Source: Armatimonadota bacterium
Lineage (GTDB): Bacteria > Armatimonadota > Armatimonadia > Armatimonadales > Armatimonadaceae
DNA length: 39,239 nt
Reading direction: 5' to 3'
Assembly (NCBI GenBank): GCA_043754515.1
Contig: JAYUUO010000126.1
Coordinates: forward strand, 1 to 39,239
The translations under genes were made by a program, and so were the position numbers. Numbering within the stretch: the stretch's first letter is position 1; every line of letters begins with the position of its first letter. Below the pieces are notes generated by a model. It was not told the origin of the DNA. It saw only the letters and a list, made by a program, of their open reading frames with translations, and ran no database searches. Positions 1 through 9,758 of the stretch are shown one piece after another.

Positions 1-50
1 GCCAGTTCGTGTAACTTCTCCAGCGTTTCCGCCGAGCGGTCTAGTTCCAT
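1..50 (-). CDS. Partial CDS running off the window (MELDRSAETLEKLHEL...), hypothetical
   Basis: ATG at 50 with GAGGAG 8 nt upstream; frame open to the window edge. Confidence 0.4.
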   Translation of the reverse strand, partial: MELDRSAETLEKLHEL

Positions 51-95
51 AGGTAAAACTCCTCGTCGCCCTTGCTACGTCCTCAGACAACGGTG

Positions 96-626
96 CTAGT
101 TTTCGCGAAGGGGGGCGGCGATTCCTGCCCGGCACAGCGCGTCTACGCGTTTCACCAGCGTCGGGAGGCGGAACGCGCCGTGCATGCGCCCGACGTATTC
201 CGCCGCATCCGCTAAAGGCAGGCCGACCGCCGAGACATAAAGCGGGCGTACCGTCACGACGAGACCGTGAACGACGTCCGCAACGGGTTCAGTGCCCGCG
301 AACCGCGTCTTCGCTACGCCGATCACCGGCACGGAGCCACCGAGTGCGCGGGACAGATGCGCCCCGAGGCCCGGCATCGTCTCGTCGCCAAGCCAGACGT
401 AGCCATCCACCACGCAAACGGACGGCGGTTCCGGTAGCGTCGCGAGGACGGCGAGTCAGCACGGCAGCTCGCGCTTGTAAAACTGGCCCGGCTCGTACAG
501 CGCGACCTCGGGAACCAGGGTGGTGTGCTCGTTGAGCGGCTTGTCGTCCGCCCAATCCCTCGCCGTGACGCAGGCAGCAACGGCCGTTCCATCCGCGCGG
601 TAGTCAACATCGAGAATAGCTATCAT
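96..626 (-). pseudogene. nfi: Endonuclease V-like protein interrupted by one in-frame TGA (456-458)
   Basis: Reading from ATG 626: MIAILDVDY...YEPGQFYKRELPC*LAVL...VVDGYVWL...GLGAHL...VIGVAKT...PLYVS...RLPTLVKRVD. These are EndoV-family motifs and both halves are in one frame. Confidence 0.8.
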
Positions 627-1221
627 ACGCCTGTATACCCGGAGACGACGAGCACGCCATTGGGCCGCGATGGTTGTACAACATCCTGACCAGGAATACT
701 CCGTTTCAGCCGATCCATTTCTGCTCGCATCGTCTCGCGCTCGCCATCCATCTGCCGCTATCGCTTCCCCTGCGAGATGTTCAGAGAGGCATCCAGCATC
801 GAGTTTGCAACGCGTAAAATATCAACCGACTCGTTCAGAAGACGACCATTTTATCCCATTTTCACTTCGATACGCTTCGTAGAAGCTTCCAACTGTGCGA
901 ACGCATGGAATAGAGAGATTCGGCTGGGTGTCCGTCTCAAAGTCAGCGTTCCGCCCGATAGTGTTATCTTCTTACGGATCGGTCGTATTTTGTTGGCGAA
1001 TATCATTCAGTGGTGCCCTGCTAATCTACTTTACCACAGAGTTATAATCGGGTCGGGCGCGCTTAGGTCGCCAACCTACTACCCTTTTCGGGAAGCGTGG
1101 GGCAAGATACTCACCCCGTATCGCGATGCGTGAAACCACCTCACGTGCGCCCCTGACTCAGGGCGGTTGAACAGGCAAAAGTGTAAAAAATATTCGTGCT
1201 AGTCGGCAGTAGAAGTTGCCG

Positions 1222-1950
1222 TCATAAAGTTGCTACGACCTGAAGGACGCCATCAACCCAGTGCTCGTACCAATCGAGAAACCCGGTACTGTCAAAGACG
1301 GGTATGTACCGATCAAGTGCGATGTGACATGTACGGCCCGTGTACTCGCCGTTCAGGATGAGCACCGAGCAAAATGTGCATCCCTGGTCACTTAGACAGA
1401 GGGTACCGAAATAAGGACTCCACTCATCGGCATTCCATGCCTCCTCATTCGCTTCAGAACCGATGAATTTCAGCCACTCATCCGTGGACCTGACATCCGC
1501 TCCCGGATCTAAACCCATCTCGACTCGCGTCCGCTCCGCGAAGTCATCACGCAAAAGACAGGGGGCGGATAATGCCCGCTGTAGCACGGTGGGGGTCAGT
1601 TCGTAATGTTCCGCCCAGTCCGCGGGAGTGTTCAAGCCGTAATAGGGGCCAGCACCGCCCCCGCTCACAAGCATCAGAAACGACCGGTACTGCTCGGGCA
1701 ACCGGATGCCGTAGCGATTTTCCAGCTCGATCACGGCCGTCAACGTCAGCGGCGGCTCGAACACGAAGCGGTGGCCGAATTGTCTGCTCGCAGTACCAAA
1801 CAACGCATGTTCGTAAGGCTTGCTCTCGTCCAGCCATCGCGCGACGAGGGCGCTACGGTGGGAGCTAATAATCCGTATCTGCGCGGCTATCGCCGCGCAC
1901 CGGGCGGTGATCTGATCTTCGTCCATCACACTGCTTTGATCTTCATCCAT
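1222..1950 (-). CDS. SMI1/KNR4 (SUKH) family immunity-like protein
   Basis: PPLT..VIELENRYGIRLPEQYRSFL...GGAGPYYGL; C-terminal GC...L...GE..G and FLDWYEHW motifs. Confidence 0.85.
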   Translation of the reverse strand: MDEDQSSVMDEDQITARCAAIAAQIRIISSHRSALVARWLDESKPYEHALFGTASRQFGHRFVFEPPLTLTAVIELENRYGIRLPEQYRSFLMLVSGGGAGPYYGLNTPADWAEHYELTPTVLQRALSAPCLLRDDFAERTRVEMGLDPGADVRSTDEWLKFIGSEANEEAWNADEWSPYFGTLCLSDQGCTFCSVLILNGEYTGRTCHIALDRYIPVFDSTGFLDWYEHWVDGVLQVVATL

Positions 1951-1981
1951 TCTGCTGTATAGTCACGACGCCCGGTTTTGC

Positions 1982-3178
1982 TCAGGCCCCTAATCCGCCG
2001 CCCGCCGCCCGCGCCGGGTTCGACTGGCGCCACGCCCGCCGCTCTTTAATTATCTCGTCAGACCGGTAGGCTTTGAGCGGGTCCCCCGCCCGCCCCGTCT
2101 CCTCGCGCAGTTCGGCGAGCACGGGGCGCACATCGGTCTCATAAGCGTCCCGTAGCACCGCGTGCGCTCCGAGTACGTCGCCCGCTTCCTGCAACCGCTT
2201 CAGTTCGGCGCGGTCCACCAGCACCGCCTTCGCGTAGGCTGTCTGGACGTTCAGCACAGATAGAATCATCGCCTCGATCTTGTTCTCGATCACGTGCGCC
2301 TGATCCAGCATGTAAGCGACCGGTGCCGCCGTCTTGCCGTCGTGCCCGTTGATCAGTTCGTGGAAGATCAGAAACAGCGCGAACGGGTTCGCCGAGCCGA
2401 CTATCAGGTCGTCGTCGGCGTAACGGCGGTCGTTGAAGTGGAAGCCGCCGAGCCGCCCCTCGTCCAGGAGCGCACACACGATAGCCTCAATGTTGGTGTA
2501 GTGGCCGTGGTGTCCCGTATCCACGAGCACCTTCGCGTTCGGGCCGAGATGCTGGCACATCAAGAGCGAGGTGCCCCAGTCGGGAATATCGGTCGTGTAG
2601 AACGCCGGTTCAAAGAGTTTGTACTCGACCAGCATCTCGACACCGGACGGGAGCGCGGCGTAAGCGAGCGCGAGCGACTCCTTCAGGCGGGTGCGGCGTG
2701 CCCGCAGATCGTCCTGCCCCGGGTAGTTCGTGCCGTCCGCGAGCCAGACCGCTACCTGCTTCGATCCCGTCATACCGGCGATTCCGGCGCACTCGACCAG
2801 GTGCGCCACAGCTTTGGCGCGTACTTTCGGGTCGGGATGGCAGACCGAACCGAGTTTGTATTCCTGCTCCTGGAACAGATTCGGGTTAATCGCGCCGATG
2901 GCGACACCCTCGCTCCGGGCGAAGTCAGCGATGGTGGTCCAGTCGGTGCCCACGGGCGGGAGGTCCCAAGGGATATGAACGGCTATCGTTGGCGACGCGC
3001 CCGTCAGGCGGTGGACGCTCCCGGCGTCCTCGATCTTTTCGTAGACGTCACGGGCGACACCCGGCTCGGGGAACGCGCCGAAACGCGTCCCGGCATTCCC
3101 GAACCCCCACGAGGGCAGTTCTATAGGTAGCGACTTAACGGCGGCTTTGACCAGTTCTTTATTCATTTTGTGGCTCAT
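1982..3178 (-). CDS. rhaI: L-rhamnose isomerase (RhaI type); start may be ATG 3166
   Basis: IELPSWGFGNAGTRF, HIPWD, INPNLFQ, WLADGTNYPGQ, EYKLFEPAFYTTDIPDWG, VDTGHH, GGFHFND..YADDDL, YMLDQAH. Confidence 0.9.
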   Translation of the reverse strand: MSHKMNKELVKAAVKSLPIELPSWGFGNAGTRFGAFPEPGVARDVYEKIEDAGSVHRLTGASPTIAVHIPWDLPPVGTDWTTIADFARSEGVAIGAINPNLFQEQEYKLGSVCHPDPKVRAKAVAHLVECAGIAGMTGSKQVAVWLADGTNYPGQDDLRARRTRLKESLALAYAALPSGVEMLVEYKLFEPAFYTTDIPDWGTSLLMCQHLGPNAKVLVDTGHHGHYTNIEAIVCALLDEGRLGGFHFNDRRYADDDLIVGSANPFALFLIFHELINGHDGKTAAPVAYMLDQAHVIENKIEAMILSVLNVQTAYAKAVLVDRAELKRLQEAGDVLGAHAVLRDAYETDVRPVLAELREETGRAGDPLKAYRSDEIIKERRAWRQSNPARAAGGGLGA

Positions 3179-3180
3179 CC

Positions 3181-3211
3181 CCCGCGCCCGAGATCAGGCA
3201 TCGGGCGCGGG
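3181..3211. repeat. GC-rich intergenic hairpin (11-bp stem)
   Basis: CCCGCGCCCGA-N9-TCGGGCGCGGG between two co-oriented genes; no U-tract. Confidence 0.5.
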
Positions 3212-3229
3212 TCATCTCAAGCGGCGTGC

Positions 3230-3982
3230 TTACGCCTTGCCCATCTTCTGGAGGTTGCGGAACGAGGTCGCGATGGCGTCGAGCGGCGCGACTTCATAGG
3301 TATTGTCCTGTTCGACGATGTAGTATTCGACGACGCCGACCGATTCCGCCGCCGCGAAGATCGGCGCGAAGTCCGTGATCCCCTCGCCGACCTGCGCGAA
3401 CTTGCCGTCCGCCGTCATGTCCTTGACGTGGATAAGCGGCACCCGCCCCGCGTACTTGTGGATGTAGGTGGCCGGATCGTAGCCCGCCTTCTTCACCCAG
3501 AACGCGTCCAGTTCGACCTTGACGTTCGGCGCGGAGTCGAACAGCACGTCGTATCCCGGAACGTCCCCGCCGAACTTCTCGAACTCGAAGTCGTGATTGT
3601 GATAGGCGAACTCGAGGCCCGCCTTGTTAATCTTCTCGGCCAGCGCGGAAAGACTCGCGCCGAGTTTCTTGTAGTCCTCAATGCTGGTGCGCATTTCGGC
3701 GGGCAGGTAGGGAACGATAAGGAACTTCGCGCCGAGGATCTTGTACGTCTCTATGGCGGCTTCGACATTTTGCAGGTCGGATAAGCCGACGTGCGCTCCG
3801 GGCACGATCAGCCCGTTGTCGTCGAGAACTGTCTTCAGTTCCTTCGCGTCTTTGCCGTAAAGGCCCGCTAGCTCGATGCCCGCGTAGCCGATGGCGGCTA
3901 CTTTTTTGAGTGTGTCGTAGAAGTCCCGCGCGGAGTCGTCGCGCACGGTGTAGGCTTGTAAACAGACCGGAATTGTTGCCAT
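3230..3982 (-). CDS. Sugar phosphate isomerase/epimerase (xylose isomerase-like TIM barrel)
   Basis: LQAYTVRD, GYAGIELAG, YHNHDFEF, ELDAFW, HVKD, YIVEQD; AAGGAAG upstream of ATG 3982. Confidence 0.88.
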   Translation of the reverse strand: MATIPVCLQAYTVRDDSARDFYDTLKKVAAIGYAGIELAGLYGKDAKELKTVLDDNGLIVPGAHVGLSDLQNVEAAIETYKILGAKFLIVPYLPAEMRTSIEDYKKLGASLSALAEKINKAGLEFAYHNHDFEFEKFGGDVPGYDVLFDSAPNVKVELDAFWVKKAGYDPATYIHKYAGRVPLIHVKDMTADGKFAQVGEGITDFAPIFAAAESVGVVEYYIVEQDNTYEVAPLDAIATSFRNLQKMGKA

Positions 3983-4357
3983 GATATTTTCTTCCTTGTG
4001 TCCCGTAAGGTGACTACTCGGGGTTCGCGCCGGAGCATTGGGTTTCCTGCCTGATCCGGGCAAAAGTTTTCATGCGCGCGGCGCGGCACCGGGATGTTTA
4101 ACGCACCGGGCACGGTGGTATAACGCGGGTGTAATGCACTAGACGCTCCCAACGCGAAGAGACGGAGAGCGGGAGACACACAGGCAAGTTTCGATGTTCC
4201 GAGAATATGGATAGGTGGAGACGGGGCGAGATTACAACAGGTTAGGTATGGCGGGAAGATCACACGGAAAATACAAGCGAATCTAAAGTGCGGGAGCGGG
4301 GTGGCTATCGGAAACGGTAGCCGCCCCGCCTGTTTTTCGGTACACTGAGAAACCGCC

Positions 4358-4864
4358 ATGCCCCCTCCCCCCCTCCAGCGCAAGCAGTACCAGATCTTCA
4401 TTGACCGCAACCCCGAAGCGGTCTGGGCGTTCCTTACTAGCCCGCAAAATCACGCGCGCATCTGCCCCGACGACATGCCCGATGAGTTACTCTCCGGCGC
4501 GGACGCGGAGCTGACGAACGGCTCGCGCATCGTGCTCCGGGTCAAGCGTGGCGCGGTTGCTTTATCCGTTCAGCAGACCGTGATATGGGAGGTCGCCGAG
4601 TGGAACCCGCCGCACGGCTACGCGCTCCGTCAGGTCGAGGGGCCCTTTTCCCTGTGGGTCAACCGGCGCAAGTTCACCGCGTTCCAGGGCGGCACGCTCC
4701 TCGCCGACCAGTTGGAGTACGTCGTGCCGGGGGGACCGTTCGGCGCGCTCGCCATCCGTCCCTTCATCGGGCCGAACATGGACAAGTATTACCAGCACCG
4801 GCACAACGAAGCGAAGCGGCTCGTCGAGCGCATCGGGCGCATCAAAGGGCGCGACGCCGTTTGA
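4358..4864 (+). CDS. SRPBCC/START-fold protein
   Basis: I.R.PEAVWAFL..PQN, W...V.EW.PP....RQVEGPFS.W...F....GGT.L.D.LEY..PGG.FG pattern. Confidence 0.8.
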   Translation: MPPPPLQRKQYQIFIDRNPEAVWAFLTSPQNHARICPDDMPDELLSGADAELTNGSRIVLRVKRGAVALSVQQTVIWEVAEWNPPHGYALRQVEGPFSLWVNRRKFTAFQGGTLLADQLEYVVPGGPFGALAIRPFIGPNMDKYYQHRHNEAKRLVERIGRIKGRDAV

Positions 4865-5245
4865 AGGGGTAACTCGCCCCTGTCCGCCACGTTCGGGCGG
4901 CGTGGGACGGGTCTCCCGCCGGATGGCTTCCCGACGGCACTGACCGGGGTATTCTACACCGACTCGGCGCGGCACCGGCAGTGGCGGAACTTCCGCCGCA
5001 AAGCCCTCGGCGCAGCGCGGGCGGAGCCGAACGCCGACCTCGCCTCTTTGGTAGAAAGCCTACGTGCCTTTCTCGTCCCTCCCCTCGCCGCGCTCGCGGC
5101 CCGGGAGCCGTTCAGGTTCGACTGGCTCCCGGGCCGGGGCTGGCGGGCTAGACCGGGGTTCGGCACCGAGCCGCCCACGCCGCCGCCGTCCGGCGTGCCT
5201 TGATAGCGACGACGTAGCAAAGCAAGCGTTGGCGGTAGTGCGACA

Positions 5246-5273
5246 TGTCCTAGAAACGACCGTTAAAGAGACG
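5246..5273. repeat. 28-bp serine-recombinase crossover-like site (isolated copy)
   Basis: TGTCCTAGAAACG-AC-CGTTAAAGAGACG; right arm identical to that of the 36142 site. Confidence 0.65.
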
Positions 5274-5303
5274 GTGAATGGCTTATCGCTACTGGTGCGG
5301 CTT

Positions 5304-5717
5304 TCAGATCGTGGTCGCCGCCTGGCCGGCTTCCGTGAAGAATGGGTGCTCGACCGTGGCCGACAGCGTCTCCACCGTCGTCTTGTCCGCGTCGCCTTCC
5401 GCGTAGAACTCGACCACGGCTAGCTTATCTACCTGATGCTTCCACGTGTTCGTCACCCTGCGCCACTCCGGTTTGCCCGTCGCCGGGTCCGCCGACACCA
5501 TCCACTCCGACAGGCCGTTCTCGAAGCCCCACACCAGCGCGGCGAAGTCGCCGGACGCGCGTGCCAGTGCCGGGTCGCTTCCCGGCTTCTCATCCCCGAT
5601 CGCCCACGCGCCTGGCGTCGTGTCGGCGGTGAAGCACCCAGAGCCGATGCGCCCCACGATGTCGAACATGCACGCCGTGTCCCACAGCATCGCCCCCGTG
5701 TAGCGCGTCTCCCCCAT
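5304..5717 (-). pseudogene. Truncated polymorphic-toxin-type Hint (PT-HINT) fragment
   Basis: GCFTADT (block A), VSADPATGKPEWRRVTNTW, LSATVEHPFF (block B TxxH). Stops before the C-terminal HN motif and has no toxin tip. Confidence 0.75.
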
Positions 5718-5764
5718 TATATCGCCGGACGCCTTCGCCGCCTCGAACCCCCTCCTGTCCGCCG

Positions 5765-6296
5765 CTAGTGTTGAACAATTACATATACAACTGGTTTCCC
5801 CTCGATTTCCGTGTACTGTTTCGGGCCGAAAATGTACACGGAGTTCGCTAAGAACAACTCGTATTCGTCCATTAAAGATGGCTCATCCCCAATCACTCCC
5901 CCGTTGTTCGAGTACTTCAACACCGTCTGACGAGGCGCATCCGGCTCTTTTCTGAACTCGTACCCCTCCAATAACTGCATCAAAAAACAAGACTCAGATT
6001 CACCAGGGAACGAAGCGGGTTCTTCATCTCCCAGGTACCAGTAGGGGACACCTCCCACCTTATTGAAGGGATCGCCGGAATCTTCCACGACTACGGGCGA
6101 CCATCGAACGAACTGTAAAACGGGCACGTACTCGCTTCTGATTTCCGAAGCTTCGTCCGCGAAGGATAGAAACCGAAAACTATCAAAATAGTCTCGCAGA
6201 AAATCTTGCGTGACGTCTGCTTTGTCAGATCCCTCCACCATCCGTGGGATCAAAGAATTTTTCGTTTGACATCTCGTGCAAGCAAACAAAAGCAAG
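5765..6296 (-). pseudogene. 5'-truncated immunity-like protein (YwqG/DUF1963-like)
   Basis: KVGGVPYW, CFLMQL and YIF motifs; lower GC; the first ~40 codons of the ORF call are really resolvase DNA in another frame. Confidence 0.45.
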
Positions 6297-6482
6297 TAGC
6301 GTATTGCCTTCCCGAAGTGCCCTACTGAGTGCCTTGAGTCCCGGACGGGCATCCGTTTTCCCCGAAGCCCGATCCTCGTAAATATGGCCCGCCTCCACGC
6401 CCGCCGAAAGAAGCGCATCCTTCTGCAAGTCGAGCGTTTGTGACCCGTCCGCCTTAGAAACCCGCATATAGCCGATTAGCAT
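6297..6482 (-). pseudogene. tnpR: Tn3-family resolvase, 3'-truncated after about 62 codons
   Basis: MLIGYMRVSKADGSQTLDLQKDALL.AGV...IYEDRASG..D.RPGL...L.EGNTL, then homology ends abruptly. Confidence 0.85.
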
Positions 6483-6494
6483 GCTGTCATCCAC

Positions 6495-6600
6495 TGTCAC
6501 CTGAACGAACGTTTATGTGACAGGTGGAAGGATGCCGCGGAAGCACTTCCTTGCTGTCACATTACCCGTGTTATAGACTATATCCCGCAAACGGGTGTGC
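6495..6600. promoter_or_regulatory. res site of the Tn3-family element (site I 6495-6522 plus accessory subsites)
   Basis: TGTCACCTGAACG-AA-CGTTTATGTGACA dyad between divergent tnpR and tnpA; second TGTCACA 32 bp further on. Confidence 0.75.
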
Positions 6601-6628
6601 GGCGGATTAAAGGACACATATAAATTCC

Positions 6629-9600
6629 ATGCCCAGCGCCAGTGACACCGCCTATCCCTTCTTCAAAGCCGAACCGACAGACAAAGAACTTGCCGAGGTT
6701 TACACACCCATCGAAGACGAAATCGTATTCGCCCGGAAACGGACCAACCGGTCCCGTGAGTTGCCCTGTTGCTGTTGCTCAAAACCTTCCAACGCCTGGG
6801 ATACTTCGTCTCCTTTGCCGAAATACCGGAGTCCATCGTTCGCCACGTCGCAAGTTGTGCAGGTTTCCCCGATTTCCCCGAGATTCGGGAACTCCTGCGG
6901 GCGTATGACCGCGGAAGTACCCGGGACCGACACCGGGTGCTCGTGCGCGAGTATCTTGGGGTTATCGCCGATGGCAAAGCGGCTCGGAAGGTACTCATTC
7001 AAACCTGCTTCCAGGCGGCACGCACCCGCGAGGACCTGCCCGACATCATCAACGTAGCCATTGAGGAGTTGGTTCGCCAACGCTACGAGTTTCCCGCGTT
7101 CAGCACACTCTTACGGATCGCCCGAGCCACCCGCTATTCTCAGAACCGCGCCTATCAAGAACAGGTGTACCAGGCACTCTCTATAGAATCCCGGCAGCGA
7201 CTCCAGGCACTGCTTCGTCGGGAGGAGGGCGAGGCGCTCAGCGCGTGGGATCGGATCAAACGCGAACCCCACCGAGCTACCGCACTTCATTTCAAAGAGG
7301 CTCTGGAGCAATCCCATTGGCTTGAGCAACTCAACGCCGCCGCCGATGCGTTCGCCGATATTCCCGAGGTGAAAATCCGCCAGTTTGCCGCCGAAGCCCG
7401 GTCCCTGGATATGGCTTCGTTGAGCGACATGCCCGAACGCAAGCGTTTTATTCTGATGGCCGCCTTAATTCGTAAGCAGGTCGCCACGGCTCTCGACGAT
7501 GTGACGGACATGTTCTTGCGCCAAGTCAAGAGGATGCACCACCGGGCTGAAGAGGCACTTACTCTCTACCGAACCGCCCAGGCCGACCGTACCGATGCGC
7601 TCATTGAACGGCTACGCGACATCACCCTGGCCTACACGCAGGAAGGCACCCGTGACCAGCGTCTCGCTGCGGTCGAATCTCTCCTGGAGAAAGATGCCCC
7701 GCGCATCCTCGCCGACTGCAACGCCCACCGTGCGGTCGCCCTGAACAGTCATCTGCTGTTTCTGCCGCAGTTCTACAGCGGGCGACGTAGCGTCCTGTTC
7801 GCATTTCTGGGAGGCGTCACTCTGGTCCCCACAACACAGGACTAGGCCCTTCTCTCTGCCATCATCTTTTTGCGTGCCCATCGTGAGATTCGTGCAGAGC
7901 ATCTCACGATTTCGCTCGGTGAGGACCTTTCCCAGGCATCCCGACACCTGGATCTTTCCTTTGTTTCCGAGAAGTGGTGGTCCCTGGTCACCGGCAAACG
8001 GGAGAGGACTTCCATGGTGACGCGTGTGCACCGGCGTTACTTTGAACTATGCGTCTTCTTTGAAACGATGCAGTCGCTCAAGTCCGGGGATCTGTGTCTT
8101 CCGGGCAGCGAGCAGTTCAGCGACTACCGCCAGGAGTTGGTTTCCCAGGAGGAGTATCTACAGGGCATCACGGTGTATGGCGAGCAGGCCGGAATCCCTG
8201 TGGAAGGGAAGCTGTTTGTGGCGCACCTCCACCAGCAACTGGAGAGTGCCGCCCATACCACCGATGCGGGCTTCCCGGAGAATGAATACCTGCGCATCGA
8301 GAACGACGAACCCGTCTTGAAGCGGCTCCAACGCAAACCCGAGCCGACTGGTCGTCCAGAGATGGAACAACTCCTTGCCCAGCACATGAACGAAGTCGGC
8401 ATTGTGGACGCGCTCTCGGACACCGAACACTGGCTCCACTGGACCCGGCTCTTCGGTCCGCTCTCCGGGCATGACGCCAAGCTGGAGAATCCCCGCCACC
8501 GCTATCTGCTCACGACCTTCTGCTACGGCTGTGATCTGGGTCCGACGCAGACAGCCCGTTCGGTAAAAGGGCTGGACCGCCGCCAGGTCTCCTTCGTCAA
8601 CCAGCGGCACATCACCGAAGAGAACCTGAACCAGGCAATCACCACCGTGGTCAACGCCTACGCCCGGTTGCCGCTCCAGAAGGTATGGGGTTCGGGCAAA
8701 TCGGCCTCCGCCGATGGCACCAAGTGGGACATGAACGCTCAGAGCCTGATGGCGGAACACCACATTCGCTACGGGAGCTATGGTGGAATCGGCTACTACC
8801 TGGTCGCCGACTCCTACATCGCGCTGTATTCGCGCTTTTCGACCTGCGGTGCCTGGGAGGGCCACTACATCCTAGACTTCATTGAGGAGAACACCTCCGA
8901 CGTGCAACCTGACACCATTCACGCCGACACCCAGGGACAGAGCACCGCCATCTTCGGCTATCGTACTTGCTGGGTATTCATCTGATGCCCCGAATCCGCA
9001 ACTGGAAAGACCTGACGCTGTTTCGTCCCAGCAGCCAGCATCGCTACACCCACATCGATATGCTCTTCCGCGAGCAGGTAGACTGGGAACTGGTTCGGAC
9101 CATGTTGCCGGATATGCTGCGCGTCGCCCTCTCCATTCGAGCGGGCAAGATTATGCCCTCGACCATCCTGCGTCGGCTCGCGACCTACGGCCGCAGGAAC
9201 AAACTGTACTTCGCCTTCCGCGAACTGGGGCGCGTGGTGCGAACCATCTTCCTGCTCCAGTATGTCCAGAGCGTCGAGATGCGTCACGTCATCCAGGCGG
9301 TGACCAACAAGTCTGAGGCGTTCAACAAGTATGTGGACTGGGTCGGTTTCGGAGGCGCGGGCCTGCTCTCGCAGGGCACGCGCGATGAGCAGCGCAAGTT
9401 CATCAAATACAACCATCTGGTGGCGAACCTGCTGGCATTCCATACGCTGGTGAACATGACGCAGGCACTTCAGCGCATCCAGCAGTCCGGGCAGACGATA
9501 GACCTGGCGGCACTAGCCACATTCAATCCTTACCACACGGAACAATACAACCGGTCCGGCAGCTACACCCTCAATCCCAACCGTTTACCCGAGCCGTTGG

Positions 9601-9641
9601 CGCAGTATCTGGAGTTCCTGATCCCGGGAATTCCAGGCTGA
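6629..9641 (+). pseudogene. tnpA: Tn3-family transposase with two frameshifts (~6765, ~8960) and an in-frame TAG (7843-7845)
   Basis: DUF4158-like N-terminus (LLKTFQRLGYF), LKSGDL...GS..F.DY, WGSGKSASADGT, IHADTQG, LMPRIRNWKD, FRELGRVVRTIFLL, NKSEAFN. Confidence 0.92.
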
Positions 9642-9646
9642 TCCGG

Positions 9647-9684
9647 AAAAGTGTGGGTTTTTAACACGAATCCTTACTGACCCC
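9647..9684 (-). mobile_element. 38-bp Tn3-family terminal inverted repeat (right end)
   Basis: Reverse strand reads GGGGTCAGTAAGGATTCGTGTTAAAAACCCACACTTTT, immediately after the tnpA stop. Confidence 0.8.
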
Positions 9685-9758
9685 CTAGATATGTTGTATA
9701 CTGAGCGGCATGCTCAATGACGCATTGTTAAGTCGGGGGAGGCATTCGGGTTCCACAT

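Noticed and set aside
640..1200. ORFs 670-882 and 777-1133
   Set aside because: No recognisable motifs or RBS; probably a decayed gene or non-coding DNA
2294..3784. Antisense ORFs 2294-3130 and 3170-3784
   Set aside because: Shadows of the rhaI and isomerase genes caused by GC codon bias
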